Assembly: GCA_026708285.1 (NCBI GenBank)
Contig: JAPOVF010000399.1
Span: 46,669-110,668, forward strand
DNA length: 64,000 nt
Direction of reading: 5' to 3'
Origin: Acidobacteriota bacterium
GTDB lineage: Bacteria; Acidobacteriota; Thermoanaerobaculia; Multivoradales; Multivoraceae
Shown here: positions 16,924-26,522 of the stretch, in pieces
How the letters are laid out: every line of letters starts with the position of its first letter
How positions within the stretch are numbered: position 1 is the stretch's first letter
Translations under genes and position numbers: made by a program
Notes under the pieces: generated by a model
Told to the model about the DNA's origin: nothing
Databases searched by the model: none
Seen by the model: the letters and a program-made list of their open reading frames with translations, nothing else

Positions 16924-18678
16924 TCACTTCTTGGTCTCCGTCGCCTTCGGCGCCACTTCGCCCCCGAGGTAGCCCTTCTTCTTCAGCTTGTTGTAGACGC
17001 CCGTCTGCACGATTCCCAGCAGATTGTTCGTCAGCCAGTAGAGCACCAGGCCGCTCGGAAAGCTGAACGAGAAGATCGTGAACCAGATCGGCATCGTGTT
17101 GATGATCAGCTTCTGCGTCTTGTTGGGCGGCGGCGGCAGCATCCGTTGCTGGAGGAACTGCGAGGCGCCCATGACGAGTGGAAGCACGTAGATCGGATCC
17201 GGCAGCGCGAGGTTCTGAATCCACCCGAGCCAGGACGCGTCCCACAGCTCCACCGCCTCGCTCAACAGCCGGAAGAAGCCGAAGAACACGGGCATCTGGA
17301 ACAGGATCGGCAAGCATCCGCTGGCAGGGTTCACGCCCTCCTCCCGGAACAGCGCCTGAATCTCCTCGTTCATCTTGCGCTGCATGTCCATGCGCGGACG
17401 GCCCTTCCCGTCCTTCAGCTTGGGCCGGTACTTGGCGCGGATCGCTTCCATGCGCGGATTCAGCTTCTGGATCCGCTGCATCGAAACCTGACTCTTGTGG
17501 GTCAGCGGGAACAGCACCAGCCGGATGACCACGGTCATCAGGACGATGCTCCACCCGTAGTTCGCCACGATGTTGTCGTAAATCCAGCGTAAACCGAACT
17601 GCAACGGTCTCGAGATCACGCCGAAGAAGCCATACCGCACGGTCTTTTCCAACCGCACGCCCATCGCCGCCAGAGCGTCGTACTGCTTGTCACCGAAGTA
17701 CGCGCGGCCGGCCAGTTCGCCGCCCGAGGAGCGCAGAACCAGCATCAGGTCCCGGGTCAGCTCGGCGGTGGCGACGTCCGCGGCCTCGAACATGACGAAA
17801 CCGCCCAGGTTGCCGTCGGCCTCTTCCAGGTTGGCGACAGGGCGCGCCTGCACCATTCCCCTTGCACCTGCAGGAATCACGGCTGTGATGAAGTACCGGT
17901 CTTCGAGCGCCACCCAGCGCGGACTGCTCCCGAGATCCCTGGGATCCTCGGTCTTCCGGGGCTCCAGCGACTCCATGTCGCCATCCGAGAACCAGGTCGC
18001 CGCTCTCCGCTGCTGGCTCGACAGGCGGCTCTGCAGTTCCTCCACGGTCGGATTCCGGATTCCCGGACCCAACACCAGCCCCCACGAGTCACCGGGAGAC
18101 TCGACTTCGTACCGGAAGGTCAGACCCCCCACCTGCGTCGTCACTTTCGGAATGTGAAACGTCTTCGTCGCGGTGCCGAGGTCACCGCTGTAGCGGAAGC
18201 TCAGCCGGGTGTCGCCGTCGACGGTTGAGCGATCGACGACGAACAGCGCCTCGTTGAGCGGCGAAGTCCGCTGTGAACCCTGGAACGCGAAGGGGTAGGG
18301 CTGGCCCCGTTCGCGCCGGCGCACCAGTTCCACCGGCTCGCCGCCGTCCGGGCGGCGCAGTTCGAAGGACAGCAACTGGGCGCCGCGGTTGGTGAATTCG
18401 AGCGTGGCGTTGCCCGACTCCAGCACCACCCGCTGCTCGGCCGCGGCCTCGACTCGTTGCACGACCGGGGAGGGCGGAGGCGTCGCCGCCGTCTGCCCGA
18501 TCGGGGCCGGAACCGCGGAACTCGGTTCTCCGGCCGTCCCGGCGTCCACCTCTCGGTCGACGAGGCCAGACTCCACCGGCGCCCGCTCCACCGGTGGCGG
18601 CGGCGCGAAGAGCGCCTGCCAGAGAAGCAGAACACCCAGCGACAGGACCGCGGCGAGCAGGAGTCTTCGACTATCCAT
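16924..18678 (-). CDS. yidC: membrane protein insertase YidC
   Basis: 584 aa with an N-terminal TM segment and a large periplasmic domain. The C-terminal 5-TM core (WGWSIVLMTVVIRLVLFPL...) is typical of YidC/Oxa1. Confidence 0.9.
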   Translation of the reverse strand: MDSRRLLLAAVLSLGVLLLWQALFAPPPPVERAPVESGLVDREVDAGTAGEPSSAVPAPIGQTAATPPPSPVVQRVEAAAEQRVVLESGNATLEFTNRGAQLLSFELRRPDGGEPVELVRRRERGQPYPFAFQGSQRTSPLNEALFVVDRSTVDGDTRLSFRYSGDLGTATKTFHIPKVTTQVGGLTFRYEVESPGDSWGLVLGPGIRNPTVEELQSRLSSQQRRAATWFSDGDMESLEPRKTEDPRDLGSSPRWVALEDRYFITAVIPAGARGMVQARPVANLEEADGNLGGFVMFEAADVATAELTRDLMLVLRSSGGELAGRAYFGDKQYDALAAMGVRLEKTVRYGFFGVISRPLQFGLRWIYDNIVANYGWSIVLMTVVIRLVLFPLTHKSQVSMQRIQKLNPRMEAIRAKYRPKLKDGKGRPRMDMQRKMNEEIQALFREEGVNPASGCLPILFQMPVFFGFFRLLSEAVELWDASWLGWIQNLALPDPIYVLPLVMGASQFLQQRMLPPPPNKTQKLIINTMPIWFTIFSFSFPSGLVLYWLTNNLLGIVQTGVYNKLKKKGYLGGEVAPKATETKK

Positions 18679-18940
18679 CCGCCTCGGCTCTCATGCCCCG
18701 CAGCTTCAGGGACCCCACGCCGGCGGGCGGCAGATCGATGCCTCCGCGGCCGAGAGGCTGGCAGCGGAGCAGGCGCCGGATCGTCAGCCAGCTCCCTACC
18801 ACCAGGCCGTGGCTCCGCAAGGCGATCTGCCCGTACTCGGAACAGGTCGGACTGAAACGGCAGGCGCGTGGAAGGAGCGGCGACAACCAGCGCTTGTACG
18901 CGCGCAGCGACGCCACGGCGAAGCGGACTGGAACGTTCAT
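18671..18940 (-). CDS. yidD: membrane protein insertion efficiency factor YidD
   Basis: 89 aa (MNVPVRFAVASLRAYKRWLSPLLPRACRFSPTCSEYGQIAL...) matching the DUF37/YidD signature. The ATG at 18940 was confirmed in the sequence. Confidence 0.85.
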   Translation of the reverse strand: MNVPVRFAVASLRAYKRWLSPLLPRACRFSPTCSEYGQIALRSHGLVVGSWLTIRRLLRCQPLGRGGIDLPPAGVGSLKLRGMRAEADG

Positions 18941-19311
18941 GACCGCGACGACCTGCGGAGGCGGGAACGGCGGGGGCCGTACCGGCCAGCCGCTCGAAAC
19001 AGGCGGTCGAGTTCCCGGTAGAAGCTGCGCCGGTTCGCTTCGGCAGCCGCGGCCTTCAGGTGGACCACCACGTCCACCGCGGGCAGCTTGTCCCGCCGGA
19101 CCTGCTGGCGGTAGTGCTCCCGCACCCGCCGGCGGAGCCGGTTCCGCACCACGGCTCCGCCGACGCGCCGACTGGCCGTGAGGCCGAGCCGCGGGTGCCC
19201 GGCATCGTTCTCCCGCACGTGGAACACCGCGATGTCGCCATGCAGGCGCCGACCCCGACGGTAGACCCTGCGATAGTCCCGGCTCGACCGGATCCGTCCG
19301 GCCCCCGGTGC
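18937..19311 (-). CDS. rnpA: ribonuclease P protein component
   Basis: SSRDYRRVYRRGRR...HPRLGLTASRRVGGAVVRNRLRRRVRE matches the RnpA RNR motif. The start is non-ATG and approximate. Confidence 0.7.
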   Translation of the reverse strand, partial: APGAGRIRSSRDYRRVYRRGRRLHGDIAVFHVRENDAGHPRLGLTASRRVGGAVVRNRLRRRVREHYRQQVRRDKLPAVDVVVHLKAAAAEANRRSFYRELDRLFRAAGRYGPRRSRLRRSSRS

Positions 19312-19352
19312 GACACCGGAGTTGCACCGCGGGCTGCTCGCTCGACTCAAGG

Positions 19353-19487
19353 TCAGACCGTGAGGCGCTTGCGGCCCTTGCGGCGGCGGCGCGAGAGAAT
19401 CGCCCGCCCGTGTCTCGTCCGCATGCGGGCGCGGAAACCGTGTTTCTTCTTGCGACGCCGGTTGTTCGGCTGGTATGTCCTCTTCAC
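19353..19487 (-). CDS. rpmH: 50S ribosomal protein L34
   Basis: [44 protein letters not shown], with a GTG start at 19487. Confidence 0.9.
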   Translation of the reverse strand: MKRTYQPNNRRRKKKHGFRARMRTRHGRAILSRRRRKGRKRLTV

Positions 19488-19522
19488 GTTGCTTCCCTGC
19501 TGTTTGCTTCCGTGCTGGTTGA

Positions 19523-19612
19523 TGGCGGAGAGGGTGGGATTCGAACCCACGGATCGCGCAAACGATCAACGGTTTTCGAGACCGCCCCATTCGACCACTC
19601 TGGCACCTCTCC
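19523..19612 (-). tRNA. tRNA-Ser (anticodon CGA)
   Basis: The reverse complement folds as a type II tRNA: acceptor GGAGAGG, anticodon stem GCGGT/ACCGT around loop CTCGAAA (anticodon CGA), long variable arm GATCG/CGATC, T-arm GTGGGTTCGAATCCCAC, and an encoded 3' CCA. Confidence 0.85.
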
Positions 19613-19659
19613 TCGTTCCCAGGCCTCTTGGTGCGCCTTCACCCTCTCCAGCCCCAGAA

Positions 19660-19749
<90 letters not shown>

Positions 19750-19750
19750 C

Positions 19751-20257
19751 TCAATCGAAAAGCCCGTTCGACCGTAGACGCCGGAAGAACGCGCGCAACA
19801 AAGCTGAGCTCTCCTCCGCCAGGACGCCGGAGCATACCGTGATTTGGTGATTCAGTCTCGGTTCACGGACGACATCGCCGACCGAGCCGCAGTAGCCGCC
19901 CTTCGGATCCCGCGCCCCGAACACGAGTCGCTCCACGCGAGCGTTGACCATCGCACCGGCGCACATCGCACAGGGCTCGAGCGTCGCGTACACGGCGCAG
20001 CCATCCAGCCGCCAGCCGTTCTGGCGAGCGGCTGCCTGAGCCAGTGCGATCATCTCGGCATGGGCCATCGGGTCGCCCCAGGACTCCCTGCGGTTGTGGC
20101 CGCGGCCGACCACCTCTCCGCCGCGCACGACCACCGCGCCCACCGGAACCTCACCGGCGGCTGCAGCGAGCCGAGCCTCCTCGAGAGCCAACCCCATGGC
20201 AGTTCGATCGTCCACCCGGAGCCCCTCCATCCAGTCGGCGAGCAACCGTAGCAGCAT
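19751..20257 (-). CDS. tadA: tRNA-specific adenosine deaminase
   Basis: CMP/dCMP deaminase zinc motifs [11 protein letters not shown] and PCAMCAGAM. Confidence 0.85.
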   Translation of the reverse strand: MLLRLLADWMEGLRVDDRTAMGLALEEARLAAAAGEVPVGAVVVRGGEVVGRGHNRRESWGDPMAHAEMIALAQAAARQNGWRLDGCAVYATLEPCAMCAGAMVNARVERLVFGARDPKGGYCGSVGDVVREPRLNHQITVCSGVLAEESSALLRAFFRRLRSNGLFD

Positions 20258-20492
20258 CCGTCCCCGCGCCGCATCGAAACCGTCCGCCAGGCGACCCGGG
20301 CTGCTACCATTTCACCCGATCCCCGTCTCTACGCACGGACGCGGGATCGAGAGGTGAACGAAGGGTTCGGGCCCTGTGTTTCGACCGGCCCCGAACCTCG
20401 TCAGGCCCGGAAGGGAGCAGCGATAGGGTGTTCGTTTCGAGGGCGCAGTACAGCCGGAACCCTTCATTGACTTCTCCCTCCACCAGCCGGTT

Positions 20493-22190
20493 GTGACGTA
20501 CCAGGCGCTGGCGCGCAAGTGGCGCCCCCAGAGGTTCGCGGAACTGGTCGGCCAGGAGGCCATCGTGACCGCGCTCGGGAACGCGCTGCGCGAAGGGCGC
20601 ATCGCCCAGGCCTACCTGTTCTCGGGCATCCGCGGCGTCGGCAAGACCACGGCGGCCCGCGTGCTCGCCAAGGCGCTGAACTGTGTCGGCGCCGACGGTT
20701 CCGCCACCGCACCGGCCGCCGAACCGTGCAACGAATGCCCGGTCTGCGTCGAGATCACACAAGGGGGAGACCTGGACGTTCTCGAAATCGACGCCGCCAC
20801 CTACTCCAAGGTCGAACAGGTCCGCGACCTCACCGAGAGCCTGAAGTACGGCCCCGCGCGCGACCGCTACAAGGTGGTGGTCCTCGACGAGATCCACCGC
20901 CTTTCCCGGCAGGCCTTTGACGCCCTGCTCAAGATCGTCGAGGAACCGCCGGCCCACCTCACCTTCGTCTTCGCGACGACCGAGATCGAGATGGTGCCGG
21001 CGACGATTCTGTCCCGCTGCCAGGAGTTTCACTTCCGCCGCGTGGCGGCCAGGGAGATGGTGGCCCACCTGACGAGGATCTGCGAAGCGGAGGAGATCGA
21101 GGCCAGCCAGGCGACCCTGCACCTGATCGCCCGCGCCTCCGAGGGCAGTGTGCGCGATGCGGTGGCCCTCCTCGACCAGCTCGCCACGTTCGGCGACGGA
21201 AAGCTGGCCGACGAGGATGTCGGCCGGCTGCTGGGCGGAATCGACACGGAACTGCTCTCCACGCTTCTTACGGCCATCCTGGGTGGCGACGGAGCCCAGG
21301 TGTCGCGGACGATCCGCTCGATCGAGGACGGCGGCACCGATCCGCGGCAGGTGTTCACCCACTTCCTGGGCTTCCTGCGCAGCGCCCTGCACCTGGCGCA
21401 GGGCCTCGACCCCGAGCAGGCCGATCTGCCCGTCGAAGCCGCAAAGGAACTGGCCCGGGTGGCGGCAGATGCGGGCTACGAGAACCTGCTGCGCCTGCTG
21501 CATCTGCTGCTCAGCAGCGAGACGGTCGTCCGGCGCGCCGACGCGCCCGGTCTGGCGCTGGAGGTCGCTCTGCTGCGCGCTGCCGAGTTGCCGAGACTCG
21601 TGCGGATCGAGCAACTCGGTGCCACGCTGCCGGACGCCCTGCCCGCCGCCCCGGACCCGACAGCTCCACCCGGCACCCCCGGGCAGGATCCACTGGTTGC
21701 GTCCGGCGCCGGCGGCCCGGCTGACGCTGCGGGCGCCGACGACGAGATCCAGCGTGTCCTGGCCGCCAACCATCCCTCCCTGGCCGGCCTGCTCGACTTT
21801 CACAAGGCCCGCTTCGCGGTGCAGGGCAGCACTCTCGTCATCACCGCGGTTCCGGCCCTCGAGGAGGCGCTTCGCGACGCCTCGAAGGCGGCCCAACTGA
21901 AGGACGCGGCACGCGCCGTCCTCGGCCCCGACGCCGACTGGAAGACGACCGGCGCCGCGCCCGGCGCGCGGGAAGACGCTCCTTCTCCGGCCGGTCACGC
22001 CCCACGGACCAGCCCGCCGGGGCCGGCGCGGGAAACGGCATCCGGACGACCGCCCCGGCGATCCCAGGGCAGCCGCAGCCCCCAGCCAAGCGAGAAGGCG
22101 CGCCGGACCGCGGAGGAGAACCCGACCGTGCGCGCGGTGCTCGATATCTTCGGCGGCCGCGTGGTCGACGTAAGGCCCCGGACCCACTGA
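20493..22190 (+). CDS. dnaX: DNA polymerase III subunits gamma/tau
   Basis: MTYQALARKWRPQRFAELVGQE, Walker A GIRGVGKTT, and sensor/zinc module CNECPVC. The 724-aa ORF on the opposite strand is antisense junk. Confidence 0.9.
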   Translation: MTYQALARKWRPQRFAELVGQEAIVTALGNALREGRIAQAYLFSGIRGVGKTTAARVLAKALNCVGADGSATAPAAEPCNECPVCVEITQGGDLDVLEIDAATYSKVEQVRDLTESLKYGPARDRYKVVVLDEIHRLSRQAFDALLKIVEEPPAHLTFVFATTEIEMVPATILSRCQEFHFRRVAAREMVAHLTRICEAEEIEASQATLHLIARASEGSVRDAVALLDQLATFGDGKLADEDVGRLLGGIDTELLSTLLTAILGGDGAQVSRTIRSIEDGGTDPRQVFTHFLGFLRSALHLAQGLDPEQADLPVEAAKELARVAADAGYENLLRLLHLLLSSETVVRRADAPGLALEVALLRAAELPRLVRIEQLGATLPDALPAAPDPTAPPGTPGQDPLVASGAGGPADAAGADDEIQRVLAANHPSLAGLLDFHKARFAVQGSTLVITAVPALEEALRDASKAAQLKDAARAVLGPDADWKTTGAAPGAREDAPSPAGHAPRTSPPGPARETASGRPPRRSQGSRSPQPSEKARRTAEENPTVRAVLDIFGGRVVDVRPRTH

Positions 22191-22226
22191 CCCTCCGAGT
22201 TCAACCCCCGACAAGGAACGTCCACG

Positions 22227-22520
22227 ATGAACATCCAGAAGCTGATGCGGCAAGCCCAGGAAATGCAGCAGCAGATGCAGCGTGATCTGGCGGCAGCCGA
22301 GTTCACCGCCAGCGTCGGCGGCGGCATGGTCGAGGTGCGAATGAACGGCGAGAAGGAGGTCCTGGGCGTTCACATCGATCCGGAAGTCCTGGACCCTGAG
22401 GATCCGGGCATGGTCCAGGACCTGGTGCAGGCCGCCGTGAACGAAGCCGGACGCAAGGTGAACGAGTACGTAGGCCAACGTCTCGGCGGCATGGCCGCCG
22501 GGATTCCCGGCCTCACCTGA
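22227..22520 (+). CDS. ybaB: nucleoid-associated protein YbaB/EbfC
   Basis: 97 aa (MNIQKLMRQAQEMQQQMQR...) in the typical dnaX-ybaB-recR arrangement. Confidence 0.85.
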   Translation: MNIQKLMRQAQEMQQQMQRDLAAAEFTASVGGGMVEVRMNGEKEVLGVHIDPEVLDPEDPGMVQDLVQAAVNEAGRKVNEYVGQRLGGMAAGIPGLT

Positions 22521-23107
22521 TGCCGGCCGACCCGCTCTCCAGCCTGGTCGAGGAACTCTCGCGCCTGCCGGGCATCGGCCCGAAGACCGCCCGCCGACTG
22601 GCGCACCATCTGCTCCGTGTCGACCGGAGCCGGGCGGAAGCGCTCGCCCAGGCGGTCATCGACGTCAAGGACCGCATGATCCACTGCTCCACCTGTCACC
22701 AGATCACCGCGGTGGATCCCTGCTCGATCTGCAGCGACCCGCAGCGCGACCGAACCAAGCTGTGCGTCGTCGAGGAGCCGTTCAACATCGAACCGATCGA
22801 GCGCACCGGTGAGTTCCACGGCCTGTACCACGCCCTTCTGGGCTCCCTTTCGCCCCAAAGAGGCGTAGGACCCGACGAGCTGACGGTCGCGTCCCTCCTG
22901 GAGCGCCTCGACGGCATCGAGGAGGCCATCTTGGCGATGAACCCGAACGTGGAGGGCGAAGCCACAGCCCTCTACCTGGCCAACCTCCTCGCCCGCCGCG
23001 GCGTCCGCGTCACGCGCCTCGCCTTCGGTCTCCCCGTCGGCGGCGACATCGACTACGCCGACCAGGTCACCCTGGCCCGGTCCCTGGCCGGCCGCCGCTC
23101 GTTGTAG
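22520..23107 (+). CDS. recR: recombination protein RecR
   Basis: HhH motif LPGIGPKTARRLAHHLL, zinc finger CSTCHQITAVDPCSIC and a Toprim domain. Confidence 0.9.
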   Translation: MPADPLSSLVEELSRLPGIGPKTARRLAHHLLRVDRSRAEALAQAVIDVKDRMIHCSTCHQITAVDPCSICSDPQRDRTKLCVVEEPFNIEPIERTGEFHGLYHALLGSLSPQRGVGPDELTVASLLERLDGIEEAILAMNPNVEGEATALYLANLLARRGVRVTRLAFGLPVGGDIDYADQVTLARSLAGRRSL

Positions 23108-23150
23108 CTGGGGACCCGCCCGTCCGGAGCCTGCGGGAAGGGCGTCGGGC

Positions 23151-23515
23151 TGCACCCGCCCGTCTTGGGTCCGGAGGGGTCAGCTCCCAGGGTGACGTGA
23201 GCGCTTCATTGGAGATGGGAGGGGATGGCGCTCACTCCGCTTCACTCGCTCCGGTTGGGCGTCGGTTGCGTGCAACGTCGTCGGCCGTCGCTCGTTCAGA
23301 GGCACCTGGGAGCTGACCCCTCCGGCCCCGACTGGGCTGGCGGTCGTTGCCCTGAGGCGAGGCACCGACCTACAACGCCCGCAGCGATCTCATGTGATCC
23401 GCATGTAGAGAAGCTCGCCGCACCGGTGCCGCTCTCTGGGTGCGCGGACCTTCTGGTCCGCAGCGAGCGCGATGCTGCGAAGCAGCGAGCGCGAACTCTA
23501 GACACGCAGACGAGA
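23151..23515 (+). repeat. ~340-bp structured intergenic repeat, copy A
   Basis: Begins cacccgcccgtcttgggtccggaggggtcagctcccag. The internal 20-bp inverted repeat ccggaggggtcagctcccag / ctgggagctgacccctccgg is ~130 nt apart. The 3' hairpin is GCGGACCTTCTGGTCCGC. It exactly fills the gap between the convergent recR and aminotransferase genes. Confidence 0.85.
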
Positions 23516-23516
23516 G

Positions 23517-24827
23517 TCAGACCTTCGACACCAACACAGACGCAGCCTGGATCAGCACGTCGGCCGCGTAGTCCAACTGGACTTCGGTGATAGCCAGCGG
23601 TGGCGCGATCTGCAGCACCGTGCCGGTTGCGCCGCCGCTCAGGGCGATCACGCCCCGTTCCAGGAGGTGCCGGCACAGGCCGGCCGCGCGCTCCCGGCTC
23701 TCGAGTTCCACGCCCCACAGCATCGCGGTGCCCCGGACGCCCACGACGCCGGGGCACTGCTTCAACGACTCGACGCGACGGCCGAAGCGGCTCCCGAACT
23801 CCCGGGCCCTCTGAATCAGGCGCTCACTCTCGATCACTTCAAGCGTCGCCAAAGCCGCGGCACAGGCAAGCGGATGCGCGACGAATGTGGCCGTGTGCCG
23901 GGCCTCGCCCTCCGTCTCCCAAGCGGCCATGACCTCCTTCTCACCCAGCACGGCTGCGATGGGAAGACCGCCGCCCAGGGCCTTGCCGCAGCAGATCAGA
24001 TCGGGCTCGATGCCCGCCTCCCCGCTCACGAACCACTCGCCGCAGCGGCCGAACGCGGTGAAGATCTCGTCAACCGCCAGGACCACGTCGTGTTCGCGAC
24101 ATGCCGAGGCCAGTCCGGCCAACCAGCCGCGAGGCGGCCATCGGGTTGCCTCGCGGCCGATCACCGGTTCGACCAGGCAGGTTCCGATGTCCGGCTGCCG
24201 GTCCAGCAATTGCCGCACCTCCTCAGGCTCGGCGCCATGGGGCAGACGGTGAACCAGGCTGTCCAGCGGCTCCGTGAAGGGCGTCCGAAAGGTCGGCCTC
24301 GAAGTGCCCTGGAGGGCGCCCAACGTCGTGCCGTGGTAGGCCGGCGTGAACGCGAGGACTCCAGGACGGCCGCTGTACAGGCGCCCTGTCTTGAGCGCGA
24401 TCTCGACCGCGTCGGCTCCCGAGGCGGCAAAGTAGACCCGCGGCTCGCGGAGCGGCGCCAGACGACCCAGACGCTCGCTCAGTTCAACGCGAGCAGGATG
24501 AGCGAATACGTCACCCAGTCCATGAAGAAGGCGATCGGCCTGCCGCTTGACCGCCGAAACCACGGCAGGATGCCGGTGGCCCACCGCGGCCACTCCGAAT
24601 CCAGCCGTCAGGTCGAGGAAGCGATTGCCGTCGATGTCCAGCACATTGCTGCCAAGAGCCTCCTCCCACAGCATCGCCGTGCTTCCGGCGACCAAGGTGT
24701 TGATCCCCGGCGCCTCCGCCCCTTCGAGCCGCCTAGCAGCCCGTCGTGCGCGCGGCCCCGGAAGCGAAGTTCGGATCTCCGGCAGCTGATCTCCGCGGAC
24801 GAGTCGGTGCGAACAAGGAGCAGCCAT
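23517..24827 (-). CDS. class III (omega-type) PLP-dependent aminotransferase
   Basis: 436 aa with a class III aminotransferase pattern (DEIFTAFGRCGEWF..., LICCGKALGGGLP). Substrate cannot be assigned. Confidence 0.7.
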   Translation of the reverse strand: MAAPCSHRLVRGDQLPEIRTSLPGPRARRAARRLEGAEAPGINTLVAGSTAMLWEEALGSNVLDIDGNRFLDLTAGFGVAAVGHRHPAVVSAVKRQADRLLHGLGDVFAHPARVELSERLGRLAPLREPRVYFAASGADAVEIALKTGRLYSGRPGVLAFTPAYHGTTLGALQGTSRPTFRTPFTEPLDSLVHRLPHGAEPEEVRQLLDRQPDIGTCLVEPVIGREATRWPPRGWLAGLASACREHDVVLAVDEIFTAFGRCGEWFVSGEAGIEPDLICCGKALGGGLPIAAVLGEKEVMAAWETEGEARHTATFVAHPLACAAALATLEVIESERLIQRAREFGSRFGRRVESLKQCPGVVGVRGTAMLWGVELESRERAAGLCRHLLERGVIALSGGATGTVLQIAPPLAITEVQLDYAADVLIQAASVLVSKV

Positions 24828-24880
24828 GCCGAAGGTCAGAGGCTAGCGCCCCTTGGCCTGGGCTTGCTACGCTGGAACCT

Positions 24881-24973
24881 GGCCCGCTACGGCCCGCGGC
24901 TGACCCCCGACGTAGGGCTGGAAGTAAGACACCCCCTCATCCGAGGCGGCTGTTGCGTCACCCGTAGCGGGCC
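24881..24973. repeat. 19-bp inverted repeat pair (CCGCGGGCCGTAGCGGGCC family) in the aminotransferase leader; third copy at 25586-25604
   Basis: ggcccgctacggcccgcgg at 24881 and ccgtagcgggcc at 24962 are mutual reverse complements. The full 19-mer recurs at 25586-25604 in inverse orientation. Confidence 0.7.
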
Positions 24974-25363
24974 ATCTGGGCAGTGCCGTCAGCAGTCCGC
25001 GGGAGTCAGCCGCGCACGGACCATAGTTGCGGCCGAGGCCACCGCCTATACCCATTTGCGGCCCTGCATTTGCACGTATGCGCTTGCAGGTGATCCCCTG
25101 GCTTAACGCCCGAGCTCGGGACATGACCCCCGCGCGGCCTTTCCTGGCGTCGACCGGGGCCAAAGGCGGAGCCGGGTGGCGCTCTCGTGGGGTAAGCCTC
25201 CTGCCCTAGCCCGCGCCTGGGAGGGACCGAACGCGCCTAGCAGCTAGCCGAAGGGCCCAGCCGTTCGCCGTCAACCGCAACGGACGAGCGGCGCGGAAGA
25301 CGTGCTCGACAACTGCGCCAAGGCGAAGGACAACCGCCGCCGCCTACGCCGAAGCGGGGCCAG

Positions 25364-25525
25364 TCAACGGAAGATCAACCAAAGTCCGAACAGCAACACG
25401 CTGTAGAACGCGATGTCGAACAGCGTTCCAGCAACCTTCCGTGCAACAGGTCCGGTCAGCCACGCCGGGAGCGTGACGCCTTCCGGATCACGGTAGCGAC
25501 GGCGAATGATGTCTCCTGTCGTCAT
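25364..25525 (-). CDS. hypothetical small membrane protein
   Basis: A ~53-aa ORF from an internal Met (MTTGDIIRRRYRDPEGVTLPAWLTGPVARKVAGTLFDIAFYSVLLFGLWLIFR) with a C-terminal TM helix. No family was recognised. Confidence 0.25.
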   Translation of the reverse strand: MTTGDIIRRRYRDPEGVTLPAWLTGPVARKVAGTLFDIAFYSVLLFGLWLIFR

Positions 25526-25735
25526 CAACATTGGTGCTCCAACGGCTCGGTGAAGGGAGCGCGAAAGGCCGACCTCGGGCGAGGTCGCGGGCCGTAGCGG
25601 GCCAAGTTCCACATTAGCAACCCCGCGCCATCTGTGTGCTAGAATCCTTACCGTCTTACTTCCAGTCTACGGTCGGGTCGTCGCGGATGAGCCGTCGACG
25701 GCGGGCTGTAGCACCCACTAAGGGGAGGCTACGAA

Positions 25736-26511
25736 TGAGGGAAGCTCTACGGGGCACGCTGCTGAGCGCGCTGTTCTTCGCCCTGCTGATCGGCGGCGCG
25801 CCGGGGATGGCGGCGGGAAAGCAGCTGCACTCGAAAGACGACGAGTTGATCCAGCCGATAGGGCCGTTCAACCCGATGCTGCTCGATGACGAACAGGGCG
25901 CAGCGTGGTTCGCGGATCTCATCCGACAGTCGGGCGGCCAGCTCAAAGACAAGGACTTCTACATCGACATTCCGGTCAAGACGACCCGGGAGCACCACGA
26001 CATGGTCGTCTACGGCATCCCCCCAACGGAGAGGGGCGAGGAAGAAGAAGACGGGCCCGCATCCGTGCGACAGGAAGCCGTAGGCGGCGAAACAGGGGTC
26101 ACCGTTGGCTACTACCGGTGCAACATCACGGCCCACAACCCGCACATGAGCCAGAACTTCTTCACCAGGGCCAAGACCGTGAAGGCGAAGGCCGAAGGCA
26201 ACTGCAACTACATCCCGGTCCGGATATCCCTGTCTCCGCCGCGGAGCCAGATGCGGTGGGAAATGTGGATGGCCCTCTACCACCGGACTCCTCCCTACGG
26301 CACAGTCGGCTACACGAAGCACCGCAGGATGGGCTGGTGGGCTCGGTGGTCGCCGCGGTCGGCTTTCGTCGACACCGGTGGCCTCTGCCGAAACGGGCTG
26401 TACATCAACAACGTGATTGTGATGTTCTTCGTGCCTTGGCCGTACTACACGTCGGCGAGCACTCCGCTCGTGGCGTACCGTGGCAAGTCCGCATGGGTCG
26501 AGAGCTGCTGA
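25736..26511 (+). CDS. secreted Cys-containing protein of unknown function (low-GC islet gene)
   Basis: From MREALRGTLLSALFFALLIGGAPGMAAGK, which is a signal peptide, ~258 aa with several Cys and Trp/Tyr-rich segments. It is visibly less GC-rich (e.g. third codon positions) than the flanking genes. No family was recognised. Confidence 0.5.
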
Positions 26512-26522
26512 ATGCTTTGAGG

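Noticed and set aside
20304-22478. 724-aa ORF antisense to dnaX
   Set aside because: It is entirely antisense to a well-supported dnaX gene and is low-complexity Arg/Gly/Ala-rich. This is a typical stop-codon-poor artefact of ~70% GC DNA.
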